Below are positions 50,101 through 62,927 of a stretch of DNA of 64,000 nucleotides, piece by piece (the stretch's first letter is position 1; every line of letters begins with the position of its first letter). The stretch spans positions 36,890,001-36,954,000 of the forward strand of contig NC_135668.1 in assembly GCF_964188315.1 (NCBI RefSeq). Reading direction: 5' to 3'. A program made the position numbers and the translations under genes. This stretch comes from Podarcis muralis (lineage: Eukaryota). Below the pieces are notes generated by a model. That model worked only from the letters and a program-made list of their open reading frames with translations. It was not told where the DNA came from and did not search any database.

Positions 50101-51301
50101 GTTGGTGCATTGGCAGCTTATTATTTTAGTACTCTACATACCTCAACTGAAACATATTCCAGCTCACATTTGATAACTTCCTTGGGCTAGAAGAGTTGGG
50201 TCCTCAGTAGCTACTGGGCTGATAATGCGACAAGATTTTGCTCCTAAGGCAAGAAGTACAGTCACTTGACTGTATCAGCAAAATCTCAGAAACCGTTACT
50301 CAACAGAGCCAACCAGATATTAAACAAAAACCCTGTTTGCTCAAATAGCACTGTGAGTCTCCCAATACTACAAGTCAGTAATGACTCAGAAGTAGTGTGG
50401 GCTCTGTATTTTATCCTAGATGGGCATGAAAAGCCAAGGATGGTAGGGTCTCATTATCCAAGCAAATCCTTGCTATGGAATCCACTGTTCAAACAAATTA
50501 GAAACCTAGACAATCTTACCCCCTCCTGTCTTTTCTACTTTATTCCTATCCTGTGGGATTTCATTAACCTTCTTCTTGACTTATTTGGCTTTGATAAAAG
50601 ACTCTGCTTCTGAATTATGCTTTTGGATGCCATTTGGCATCCCCTTGACTTGAAGACACAACCTGAAACTATTAATTGGTGGACATGAGTTAAGAACACA
50701 CTCATTTACCTTTTAAGACAATTTGATTAAATGTTGCTGTAACAGAGAATGAACGTTACATTATAATATGGTTCTCAACTATTCTGGTAGTTTTTGTTTT
50801 ACTAAATTTATCATTTAAATGGGAACCTATTCGGTGGTTTTGGCAATATGATCACTTATTTGAGTTTAATTGATCAGTTAAAAGGCAGATGAACAACTAA
50901 TAAATTTCAACTGCCTGTCAACCTACTAATTAGTGGTTATGACTTCCACACAACTGCAATCTGGAACAGAGAGGGTGAACCAGCAGCCAACCACATCTTT
51001 GAAGACAGCAGGAACTCAAGCATCTATTACTGAATAAAACGAGCCCTTAAATCAAGACATATTCCTGGGAATTTTGCCAGAGAAACCAACTCTTGCCTGT
51101 TCGAAGCACTGACCTAAAATAGGAGCTGCAGCTACAGAGGATGTTCTTGTGGGCATTGAACTCGCACCCATTGACCTTGATGATCACGTCACAGAGCTTC
51201 CCTTCCAGTCGAAGTTCGTTGAAGACTGTACAAGCCATCGCACTCATCTTCCTCTCCATGTGGCGGTGGGAGTACCCCGCCGAAGCAGAGGCATCATCCA
51301 T
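41170..51301 (-). CDS. KLHL10: Kelch-like protein 10 (BTB-BACK-6 Kelch, CUL3 adaptor), 606 aa
   Basis: Exons, minus strand: 51114-51301, 48909-49398, 46892-47509, 43813-43962, 41170-41544 (1821 nt). HMERKMSAMAC..FNELRLEGKLCDV, VRLALMHAEYFMNNVK, LFAIGGWSGGSPTNAIE and the C-terminus RDEVKYSSSTSTLPV* are near-identical to recalled mammalian KLHL10. Orthologue versus close paralogue is not resolved. Confidence 0.92.
42266..42420. mobile_element. GC-rich hAT MITE inserted in a SINE tail
   Basis: TIR cagtg(c/g)c(a/g)tagc / gctacgccactg with a perfect 8-bp TSD gcttcctg (42258-42265 and 42421-42428). Confidence 0.85.
45312..45385 (+). mobile_element. Penelope-like element terminal fragment
   Basis: tctgatgaagtagg...ctcatgccataa...tttgttaaggtttaagatgccacaag resembles the recalled reptile PLE terminal repeat. 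Confidence 0.5.
46512..46875 (+). mobile_element. Sauria SINE (subfamily A), next to the KLHL10 exon 3 donor
   Basis: Full-length match; the tail ends about 16 nt from the donor at 46891. Confidence 0.9.
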
Positions 51302-52988
51302 TTTTTCAAGGTGGGGGGAGGCAGCACAAAGAGCTGCCAGGCCTTCCACTTAACCCTCCTCTTGGAAAAAGGGTGTGATTGGTTCAGAGGTTCCAGAATC
51401 CCTCCCATAATGAGACCCTTGACATGACCAGGTTCTAGAATCTTGGCTGTCCTCTGAAGCAACGTGGTCCTGCTCACAGTCGGCAGCAGCACCTGAGGTT
51501 TGGATACCCTTCCCCACACAATTTAAAATAAATTTAATTGATGCGTAGACAGCTTTTGACTCACAGTGGGCCACAATTTAAACATCTCAAACTGAGGGTG
51601 AACCAGAATGTAATCTGTTCATGATTGTCCTAATTTATATCCTGAGATATTAAAAACCATTTAAATAAAACGGCAGCACATTATATTGAACATTGAAACA
51701 GTTCTTTTGCCTACGATATGAATGCTGGCTGCTTCTGATCTAATCCATATTTAATTTTTCAACTCGCCAACAGATGATTATTTTTACATCTCCTAAGGGC
51801 ATGGGATGAGATATAAAGCTTAGAGCAGCAGCATGGGCATAGGGTAGGAATAACTGGCCAGGCAAGCAGCACCAAGATTTAGGGATCATTTGGATCAATA
51901 TACTGAACTTGACCAACTATGCTATCCTGTAGCATGGAAGGCTGATGTTTCAGATTAAATGGAAAGAATAGCAGTACCAAAGACCAGGGGGAAAACAACA
52001 ATATTGTTTGACTTGGCACTTGTTAGATATTATGTGAAGTAGTTCCAATTTGCCTTATGTTAATTAATAAGTTGGTATTGACCTTTAAAGCCCTTCACAG
52101 TTTAGGACCAAGATCCTGTTGGATCGCCTATCTCCTCATGACACTAGGCACTGACATCATTAGGTGCTCCCACCACAGAAGATATAGCTGTACTTTTTGT
52201 CTTCTTATTGCTGCTAGGAAGACCAATATGGCAAACTAATGCACTGGGAGTCAACTCCACTGAACATCATAGGACTTACTTCTAAGTAATAGTCATAACC
52301 ATTTCTTCCTTGACTTGCAGAAGCTCGTTAAGATGATCTTTAGAGAACTCCAGTTCTCGCATTTTATCAGTCTGCAATTTACTACAAAGTTCTAAAAGTG
52401 GTAACAAATATAGTATTCCCTTGCTGGCCAGTGGTTTATGCTCTGCATCTGGGAGCAGGAAATTTAAATGTTGCTTAAAATTACACAGCTGAATACATAT
52501 CCTGGAAAGAGATTTCCTCTTTGAGGAAGAAATTCAGATGCTGTGCCATAGCTCACTAATTTTAGGAGCATTTATGCAAAAGGATTCGGGAACTCTATAG
52601 AAAGCAGCAAGCAGTAAAGTTCACTGTGTTCTTTTAATTCAGTATAAAAAGTGGAATGAAACTCAAAAGTGTCTCATGGTGCCATCTTGGCTCATTAAGA
52701 AGTAGGTTTGTGCAGAATTGTGATAACAAAAAAAATGTATTATGCAGCAGTAAAAAAGGGGGAGAATGTAAGTGACCAGAAGCTTTCAAGAAGAATCGCC
52801 TGAGCGTTTAAAGTTTCACTGCTTTTTGTGAAGTAACGAAGGTCACCTTTCCTTCACAGTATCCTACTCACTAAGTTCTCTTGTGCAACTATGCCTCTAA
52901 TGCCTCCCATAAACAGAGCTCAGTGCCAGTTCTAAGCAGCCAGTGCGTCAAGGTTTTGCTTTCCAGCGGACAAAGACTCCCATTAGGT

Positions 52989-55900
52989 TCAGGTGTATTC
53001 ACAGAGATGACCACAGCCTGCAGGGCAATGGGAACTGGTCTCCAGCCATTTCATGATGTGCTGCAGGTGGCCACCATGACTGCAGCCCTGGCACCACACG
53101 AACAGACCCTTCACTACGTGGTGGCACACAGCGCACATGCTGGCACACTGCCGACATCTGAAACGAGACCACAGAATGAATCAACCAGAAGAAAATGACT
53201 TATCTTAGCAGTCAAATGCAACACAGATCCTGGAACATAAGAGTCCCAATGAGAGCTAACGTGATTACTGATGGACAAGGAGTAGGGAGACCCAGGTTCA
53301 AGTCCCTCACTCAGCCATGAAGCTTCAGTCAATCACGCTCACTCATCCTAACCTACTTGGTGGCATGAATAAAATGGTGCATGGCCATGTGTGAGAGAAA
53401 CATGCAGGCCAGCCTAAGCTCCTTGGAGCAAAGGTAGGATATAATTGTAAGAAATACAAAAAATAAATAGAATGTGATAAGCAGTTGTAGTCTCTGCAGC
53501 TGTTAGGTGCATGACTCACCTGAAATTATATACCAATTCATTTCCCCCCACTATTGGGAGGTGCATTATAATGCTACAATTAATTGGTAGTTGTTGCAAT
53601 AATGAGCTGGTGTATGTTTATATTCACTTGCTTTGATATATGCAAGTGGACCCTGGAATGCTGGGCTCTCAGCCCAGAGAGGGGAGCTATCTGTAAGCCT
53701 AACTGCTACCTATGGCCTCACCAACCAGGTGTGATGGGAGGTTATGGGTAAATTGACGTATGCTGCTTTGTGCATAAAGGATGTATATACACATTTGCTT
53801 GGGTGCTGACAAGTCATAACGACCTCTCAGTTGTGGTGTCCATTCCGCATCTGTAAAGGCAGTGAGGCTCTGCACACTGTGCTGTAAATTTACACTTTTT
53901 TAAAATAAAGCACCAGAACTGGCCATTCTGCCGTTTTTTACATCCTTCTTTGGACATAACTCGTTTTATAGGAGATCATATGATGTGACCTATGATAATG
54001 GACTGATAAAACGAGTAAGGCACACCTAGCTTCAAAAGCCTTCATGTAATCCAAGTGTGGGGGTAAAATGATTTTTAGCTCCTGGAAAACAAAATCACTT
54101 CCAGCTTTATTTATCAGGAAGTATGTATGCAAAGTGCTACTTAAAAGAGGGACGATAATTTAAGATGCTTTGGGTGCAGGAGATCCCAGGTTCAATCCCC
54201 AGTCTTGAAGGTTGGAAAACACCCCTGCTTGTGATCTCAGAAAGCTACTGCCACCAGAGTAAGCAATTTCAGATCAGATGAACAGTTGTCTGACTTGGAA
54301 TAAGGCAGATTCATATAATTATTCTCAGTATGTCACAAAACTAAAACCTCTATATGTGCATACATGCACACAGTGTGTCTCTGCACAGGCCTCTCACCTG
54401 TCACAAATCCAGCCTTTGTTGCTCATGGGTCTTTTGCAATTGCTGCAGTTGATGTGCAGTGTGGTGGAGGCCTGGTTGAGGCAGTTGATGGCTCTGCACG
54501 TGCTCAGTTTGATCACCTCATTGGAGATGTTCCACAGCTGGAAGCGCTGCAGCAAGTCAATGTATGAAGTGTACCAGTGTTCCTGTGGGGTTTTAAGGCA
54601 TTGCACACAAGTCACTTACAGTATTCGTCTCCAGAAATCTCTTTCAACCTCTCTCCTGCGACTCAAATCCTTTATTTTATTGAAATACTCATATATTGCC
54701 TTTTGCACTCAAGTCTATGAACAACTTCTAATGCAGGTGAAATAGAACGCAAAATTCATATGGATCTTTCCATGTTCCTCTTCTGCAGATGGATATTTTT
54801 AAGTTGGCCGTGGCCCGTCAAATTGGAAATAACTGGCAGGTATGTTTTGATAGCCAGACAATCTAGACCAATTCCATTTAATATACTACCACAAGCATTA
54901 ACATGAAGAGCAGCTATTTTATTTCACGCACTTGCTGCCTTTCAGTAAACATGGAATTCAAGGTGGAGTATAAATGGATCCTGGGCAGACTCCCATCCAG
55001 GCATTCACCAGACCCAGACCTCCTCATGGCCACTGCCCATTCCACATGCCTCTCCTTCTGTGCCTGATCAGCACCAGCTCTGATAGATACAGAGGATAAG
55101 TTGTGCAGAGCTTACTACTCCTTCTCCTTGTATCTCTTGCTGCTTGCTCGCTTGGGGAGGGCAGGTGAATAGGCAGCAACAGTTAGGAGGAGGCGCAACA
55201 GGATAGGAGTTTTTGTGGATTGGTATGGGCTCCTTATTGAGTGTGCAGCTTTCAGCAGGTATCTGGTAATTATGACCCCCAATCCTAATCCTAAAATATA
55301 GAACAGAGAGGTACCTGTGCCTGGTCATCAATCTCCTTCCGGATACGATCCCCCAACACGATAAGTACAGACACCGCCATCTGCACATCCCCCTGTTCAG
55401 CATAGAAGAGCAACATGTCACGGACAATGGGGCTGAAGAAGTCAGCAGGCAGACGGCTGTCATACAGAGAGTGAGAGATGGAGATCAGGGAGAAAGATTC
55501 CACAGGTGTCAGCGACACAGTCTCTGCCTCATTGCCACTGACATGTGGGGAGTCTGCTTTGTCTTGTAAGTGATCCAGTGCAGAGGGATTGTCCACAATC
55601 TCATGACGCAAAGGAAAGGCCTCCTGGGGAAGGATGTACTCTTGCTCCTCAGCTGTTAAGAAAACATGGACCCGTGAGAGGGAAGGCAGACGGGGAAAGA
55701 TAAACAATTCCACTCAACACAGAAAGGGGAACAGGAAGGACCAACAGTTCTCAAGAGTATATACACTCACTGTGAGGATTCTCATGGTCTATCATGTACA
55801 GGTCATCTTCATCTCCTTCCACATCCCCAAGGAGATAATCTGCAGGGACATCACTGCCTTCAGTCTCTTCGTTCTCTAGATATCCAAGAGTAAAAAAAAG

Positions 55901-58900
55901 AGGGAAGCAGAGAAGGGAGTGAGAAACAGTTCTTAGGTTTCTATGCAGGGTTGGGGGAGAGGTATGTCACCATTCTCACCATCGTTATTGATCAGTGTGG
56001 AGGAAGAATCCATGAGGATGTTTTCAGGTCGGTTCTCTCCCTTGCTCCTCTCCATCCTTGACTCACTGCCTATCCCAGAAGGAATATCTTTCAAGTTAAA
56101 GCTGGAAGAGAAACACAAATCTGTGTTACACCCAGGTAAAACCTGATGCTTCCAGCTTCCCTTCAACATCCAAGTCCCCCACTGGTTGCAATTCCTGGTT
56201 GGTAACCAAGTAACCACACAAATATTGTATCATTAAGATTTTGAGTTGAATTTTTCTCACGGCTCACATGAGAATCTACTGAGAGACCGGTAGCACTTCT
56301 GAACTTATCAGCAAGGTGCATTTTTTTCTGCCCTGTAGTATGCCCTATTTGCAAGGGCTCAAGAGTGGAAATGCGGGTCGTCTTACTTTTAACCAGATGA
56401 ACACTCTGCTTAATGCAAATGGTGCTGGTAATGTGTAAATGAGACCTCTCATGCAACCAGCCCACCTACATTTGCCACAGTCAACATTCTACCTCCCATC
56501 TCACAACCAAGATCAAGGATGCTGAAGCCTTTTTTACCTGTTCATGAGTGGAAGGCTGGAACTACTCTTCCCAATGCTGTGATTAAGGTTTGAAGAGGGC
56601 ACAGTGCTAGGGCTAGAGTAAATAATTCGGAGCATGGTCCATGTCTGAGCAACCTGACAAATAAGAGAAAGAACAGAAAGAGTTAAACTATCAACACCAT
56701 GTCTTTCAGCTAAGGAAAAGGAATAGAGGCAAATGAGACACAAAGAGTAAGGTAATGGGCTATAGGCCACCACACACCACCAAAACAATTTCAGGTAATG
56801 TCTTATGGGAGAGGGGCTGAACATAGCCCTGGACTCCTCTTTACATGCCAGGAAACTCCTAGCTCTCTCTCAGGAATTTCAGGACTGAGACTTAGTTCAC
56901 AGCAGAGGAATAACACATGCAACATCAGCCTCTACAACTGGTAAAGGTAAAGGGACCCCTGACCATTAGGTCCAGTTGTGGAAGACTCTGGGGTTGCGGC
57001 GCTCATCTCTCTTTACTGGCCAAGGGAGCCGGCGTACAGCTTCCGGGTCATGTGGCCAGCATGACTAAGCCGCTTCTGGCGAACCAGAGCAGCACACGGA
57101 AACGCCGTTTACCTTCCTGCTGGAGCAGTACCTATTTATCTACTTGCACTGCGTACTTTTGAACTGCTAGGTGGGCAGGAGCTGGGACCGAACAATGGGA
57201 GCTCACCCCATCATGGGGATTCGAACCGCCGACCTTATGATCGGCAACTGGTAGGAAGTATAATATCTCTGGATTTATAAGGTCTCTTATAAAATACTAC
57301 AAGTATAGACTTCTGCTCACTACACATTCTCCTTGTGCCACTTAAGGCAGGAATGGGAAACTTACGGCCCTCTATCAATTGCACTCAAGGCAGACTCACT
57401 GGAATTAAAATTAGTCTTGACTATTCATTTCAATGGGCCTATTCTAAGTAAAAGTTACTTGACTAGAGCCCCAAGTGTTACTGGACAATAACTCCCATTA
57501 TCCTCAGCCACTGGCAACACTGGTTGAGGCTGATGGGAATTGGGAGTCCAACATCAGAAAAGCCATAGTATCCCCGCACTTGACTTAAGGCTCTAATTCA
57601 GGCCCATGTTCTGGCTTTATCACAAGCCGCCAACTTCAGCAAAGAGACTTCTGGTACTCTGAGTTGAACATACATGCTGCAGGTTTGGATTCCAATACAA
57701 TCAACCATGGCATCTCCTTCCTGGGTGCCTATTGGGACTAGGATATGTTGTAGCCCCCTCCCCAAATCTACCAAAGTATATGCGAATAACTCCTGCACAA
57801 AGGGAGCCCTTACCTGGTTGCGCTTGAGCTCTTTGGCTACTTTGGCATTATGGTCACACAGCTCTGCCAGCGGTCTCCCTGTCAGCACATACTGCTTGGC
57901 GGTCCGCACAAACCAGTCCATGCTACCAGCATCACACTCTGTGTCTGCTTCAAATACACTTAGGGCACTGGAAGAGGAGATGAACTCAAACTGTTCTGTG
58001 GGGTCTAGCTTGCGCTTGAAGAAGATAGGATGGCGCCGATCACGCTTACGGTTAGAATCAGAGGAGATGAGGCTCTCCTTGGCAGCAAAAGCCAGGTCCC
58101 CAAAGAGGCTGTAACAAAGCCCCTCAGGGTTAGCCCGGTCAATAGGCTGGATGGCATCCTTGAAGATATGCTGGTAAAGAGTGCTGTCCTTAGAGCCAGA
58201 CAGGAGGAAGTAAGGATCGTGGAGATGACGCCACACAATCCCTGTGGTGACATCTTTGTGTTCCTCAAACATGGCAGAGGGGATGAAAGGCCGACGTACA
58301 TCCCACACATAGATGTTGTGGTCCACCATCATGGAGCATGTGGCAATGTGGTGTTTGCATTCAGGCCGCCACTTGACCCTTGCCACAGAGGCTATTGTCT
58401 GCACACAGTATATCTCTTTGGCCCGGTTGGTGTTCATGTCCCAGACCTTTACCATCTTGTCTCGGCCCCCTGTGGCCAACCAGCCCCTAGATGAAGAGAA
58501 GAGAAGCTTAAGTGGCCAGTAAACAGTTCGGCAACCACCACTTTTCTTATACATGATCTACACTGACCGTATACCCAGCTACCAACTCACAATACTGCTA
58601 AAGTATGAGGGGCTAACCTGTGGTCCTCCAAATATGTTCAACTACAGCTCCCATCATGGCTGACCAGGAGTCATGCTGGCTGGAGCTGATGGGAATTGGA
58701 GCCCCCCATGTCTCTACTCCTGAGGGCTTATAGTGAAGTCATCAGTGACAGTGAGGGGTGAGGTGAGCACACATCCCAATCCTTGCTCTCACACACCTGT
58801 GTATCTTCTTTTCTTATCTGCATGACAAAACCTTCATACATCCCAAAATGCTGTTGGGCTACAGCTCCCATAAGCCTTAGCCAGCATGGCCCCTAGTCAG

Positions 58901-60248
58901 GAATGACTGGAGCTAGACGTCAGCAACATCTGAAGGGCCACAAGTTAGGAACCTATGCTGTAGTTCTTAGCCTAGAATTTCAAATTTAGGAAAATAATTT
59001 ATACAGCATACTAACAAAAACAAGCTCTTGGAGAAAGAGCTTTGAGCTTTCTAAGATGCATTTTTGTAATATAATGCTTAAAAACAAAGCACTACACGGA
59101 AGATTTTTACTTGAGGAAGGCAATCTTAAGAACAGTAAATTCTCCATGGCTGTCTAAAATAATGTTTAAAAATAGGAAGAGAAAACTGCATATTTAAGAA
59201 GGAAGTATGTTCTACGGGCAGGGAACAGAGAAAGATAAGCTACAGAACAGAGAATCCTAGTGTACAACTTGAGATAGTGCCATAGGGAAAAAAGGAGTGT
59301 GCTGTCCATACCTGTCTTCCGGGTGCCAATCACAACAGAATACAGGCCCATTATGGGCTGTGAACATCCTCTCGTAGCGGTCAGGCCGGCGGATGTCCCA
59401 CAGCTGAACATTTCCATTCTCAAAGGTTGCAGCAAAGGTAAAGTAATCACGTATACTAAACTGGACGTCACGGACACTTTCTGATTGACCTGAAAGATAA
59501 TGCAACAGACAGCATATTTAGCAAGTTTCATATATGGCTCATCTAGATGACACTCACCATCTGTAATCATACTCTAGCACAACAGATTTGAGGCTCAAGG
59601 GCCAAATCAGATTCTCTCTCAATAATTTGGTCACACCTTGCTTTCGGCCCAGCCCCAACAAACTCATAGCACTGCCCTTTGACTAGGTGTAACTAGAAAA
59701 AGGTACTCTTGACCATTGCTGAGAGTGTTAAGAGCCAGGCACAGCGAATTCAGAAATGACTCCTTACCTGAGAATGTGCTAACAGAATCTTTCTTGCGCA
59801 GGTCAAAGCATTTCATGTAGCCATCCTGGGATCCACTGAGAAGCATGTATACCTCCGTGGGGTGGAAGCACACCTTGTTAACTGTTCTTTTGTGCTCGGT
59901 GAAGAGCTGGTCCTGCTTGTTACGAGATGGTTTGCCGAGGTTCCAGGTCACGACGACGCCATTGGTGGCTGCTGTGGCCAACAAGTTCTCATCCATCTGG
60001 TGCCACACCACGTCGGCACAGCTGAAGTTCAGGGATGGCTTGCGGCCAACACGCAAGTTCAGCTTCTCCACAAACTGGTCTTCTTCTATAGAGTAGATCT
60101 TAAAGATGTTACGCCCAGCTACCACTACCTGGGCAGCATCACGACATACACTAATGGCATTGGCAGGGGCATCCAGGTGGCAGAACATGGTCCGTCCAGT
60201 GATGGTATTGCCACCAAGGGCAGTGGTCACCCTAGCCATTTTCTCCAT
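52989..60248 (-). CDS. WDR24: GATOR2 complex subunit WDR24 (WD40 + C-terminal RING), 788 aa
   Basis: Exons, minus strand: 59768-60248, 59312-59489, 57814-58486, 56538-56653, 55980-56101, 55771-55875, 55315-55652, 54398-54582, 52989-53157 (2367 nt). Starts [13 protein letters not shown]...[18 protein letters not shown] and ends [52 protein letters not shown]. Confidence 0.97.
56941..57245 (-). mobile_element. Sauria SINE, 5'-truncated (subfamily A)
   Basis: Body match, with caactggta duplicated on both sides. Confidence 0.9.
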
Positions 60249-61432
60249 GGCTGCCTTCTGAGGGGCTCCCTGTGGTTCCGCCGGATCTCCCAATGACCAC
60301 ACAGCAGGAGCGTCTACAGCTGTATCTTGATGGACAACTTCACAAAATTAAACTCAATCTTGCAAGCTCCTTCATCCACTAAAGCTTCATTTTAAAAAAG
60401 GAATATTCAGCACTTGAAATAAGGTCCTACCCAGAAATGGGCAGCATCTTAACACAAGGAAATGTCTGAAGTGATCACATAAAGCCAATGCTTACAGCTC
60501 CAGAGTGAGTTTGCATTGAAAGCTTACTTGGCTTTAGGTCTACCTTGTGTGGAAATTTCTTTGTCAACCATCAAGCACTTCTTTTCCTACATTCAAGCAG
60601 ACTCTTGACAAAAACTTTTCACTTGCAGGATAGCTTCTGGCCGAAGAAATTCAGCAAAGTTCTGAAACACAAGACAGAATTGTTCAGGATGCAGATCAAC
60701 ACACACACACAGAGGGAGAAAATTAGTTAAGCAATAAACATCTCTCTCAAAGCATTGGACACTGAAACAAGACCAGTACCCACCATTGTAGAAGTTGCCA
60801 TTTGCTTCTGAGAACCTGCATAAAAGAAACTGACACACCACTAAAGGCAAATGTTTTAATGTCTTTCATATTTTATTTATTTGTTGTCATCCGTCTGTCT
60901 CAACAGAAATAGAGTGCGCCTCCAGGGGTGAAGTCAAAGTACTGGAGAATCACAGCACCTGCCGTGTCTGCAGAGGCCAGCAATTAATAACTGCTGCCGC
61001 CCCTCCCAATTCTTATTGTTGCATTAGCAGCACCAAAGTGACCTCCTTAGGGAGCAGTGTGCATGGAGGTCCTGGACTGCCCAGAGGACAAGACCCCCCT
61101 CTCTGCCTTGCTGATGTGGTCCAAAGGGAAGCAGAGCAATACGTTTGGCACCAGCTTGGCTGCAGGAATTGGCAGAAAGTGTATAAGACGACATCCAACC
61201 ATCCGCTTTAGAGACTCCACTCTGGATTTGTGTAGGGTTTACTCCTTGGCCTTTTCTTTTCCCAAAGATGTCCTGCAAGGCAGCAGGTAATTTGTTTATT
61301 TACTGAATATCCCACCATTTCCTCACTTGAAACTAGGGCTGACAACAAGCGTTGCAGCCCCAGTTGAATATATTGCTGGGAGGGATCAACTTTAATTGGC
61401 AAGACTGACAGTTAATGGCACATGTATTTTTG

Positions 61433-61680
61433 GGATCATCCACACTAACTTTTTGCCCTGCACTTTCCCAATCCGTGTCCAGGCACTTTTCTTCTCTCTG
61501 CCACTTTTCCCAGGAAAACCCAATCTGTACCCCTAAATCGGAGCAAATGGCAATTCGGGTTTTAAGTGGATTTGCTCCGATTCAGCACTAAAGAGCAGGT
61601 TTTTGCGGCTTGGACAGGAAGCTTTAAATTGTGGAGCCGTGCCTAGAAATGCAGAGTAAACGTTAAGTGTGGAAGAGTCC
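61433..61680. mobile_element. Hairpin MITE-like element (PIF/Harbinger-like ends)
   Basis: Imperfect termini ggatcatccacact / agtgtggaagagtcc. Internal perfect 13-bp inverted repeat aatcggagcaaat (61536-61548) / atttgctccgatt (61570-61582). A related element lies at about 4453-4742. Confidence 0.55.
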
Positions 61681-62149
61681 TAAATGTAACACGAGTCTCC
61701 TTATGATGCAATAGATGTGCAGCTCTGGACCACCGCTTTAATGGAAAGTGAACAAATTATACCTGAATGCTACGCTATCAAAAAACAAAGCACAACTTTT
61801 TCTGAAGTTTGGCATCTGTTTATTGAATACATCAAATTAAAGCAACATGGCCAGCAGCCGCCCTCTTCTCACGGTTTCCTTTGGAAAAAAACTATTATCG
61901 GATAACACGCTTATGAAGAACAATAGTCTGGAATTATAATGCTATTTTGTTGTAATACGACCCTCCTCTCTTCTCCCCCCCCCCCTTTTCCCTATATCGT
62001 TGTGACCATTGGTTTTTTTGCGTACTGGAAATGAAAGCAAGAACGATTACCAAAAAATACAAATAAAATAAAAAAGCCAACACCACAGATTAAAGTTTGC
62101 TTTAAAACTGAGCTTTGGTTAATTTAAAAACAAACAAACAAGCAAACCC

Positions 62150-62680
62150 GCCATGCCATGTATTCAATCCAGCATTTCCTCACCCTTACATGTCTCGGGA
62201 GCTCAAAAAGATGCGCTGCATATATAAATACGCAGCAGTTTTAGTCCCGCGCGAGGCCTACCCAGCCTGGCCTGGCTTCCCTCAGCCTTTCACCAGCGAG
62301 CGCCCGGCGAGGCGCTGAGGTAAAAAGCAAAAGCAAACGGGCGGCAGCTCACCTGGCAGCGGGCCGAGGCCGCCAGGCCAACGGTTTCACCGATCGCTGC
62401 TCCCGCGGCCACTCCTGGCGGGGCCTCCGTCGCTCAAGGCAGCCGCCTCTCCTTCCGCCGCGGAAACCCGGCCCGCCTCGCCCGGCCCCTTCCGCCACCG
62501 GCCAGGCCGCTCCGCCCTTGCTTGCTTTCCCGCCTGCCGGCCCCCCACCCTTCTCGGCCCTTCGCCGGCGAGCCCGCGGGGCGTTGGGAGGGAGGCTTCA
62601 CCCGTCGCCCCCGGCTGCGTTTTCCCGCAGGATCGCGGGGGGGGGGGGGAGTCGCGTTTTTCAATGCTCCCGTGTAATTT
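62150..62680 (-). promoter_or_regulatory. CpG island promoter and probable non-coding exon 1 of WDR24
   Basis: CpG island about 2 kb upstream of the WDR24 ATG, with a minus-strand donor CAG|GTGAGC at 62353/62352. Confidence 0.7.
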
Positions 62681-62685
62681 ATTTA

Positions 62686-62927
62686 CAGTGGTACCTCGGG
62701 TTACATACGCTTCAGGTTATATACGCTTCAGGTTACAGACTCCGCTAACCCAGAAATAGTGCTTCAGGTTAAGAACTTTGCTTCAGGATGAGAACAGAAA
62801 TCGTGCTCCGGCGGTGCGGCAGCAGCGGGAGGCTCCATTAGCTAAAGTGGTGCTTCAGGTTAAGAACAGTTTCAGGTTAAGGACGGACCCCCGGAACGAA
62901 TTAAGTACTTAACCCGAGGTACCACTG
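62686..62927. mobile_element. pogo/Tigger-like MITE at the edge of the WDR24 CpG island
   Basis: Same TIR and TA TSD, with one extra internal cgcttcaggtta unit. Confidence 0.88.

Noticed and set aside
41170-51301. KLHL10 as a retrocopy or pseudogene
   Set aside because: Four introns with canonical sites and an intact 606-aa frame.
57674-58494. Plus-strand ORFs of 146 and 154 aa (similar cases at 59862-60296 and 48930-49370)
   Set aside because: Antisense shadows of large WDR24 and KLHL10 exons.
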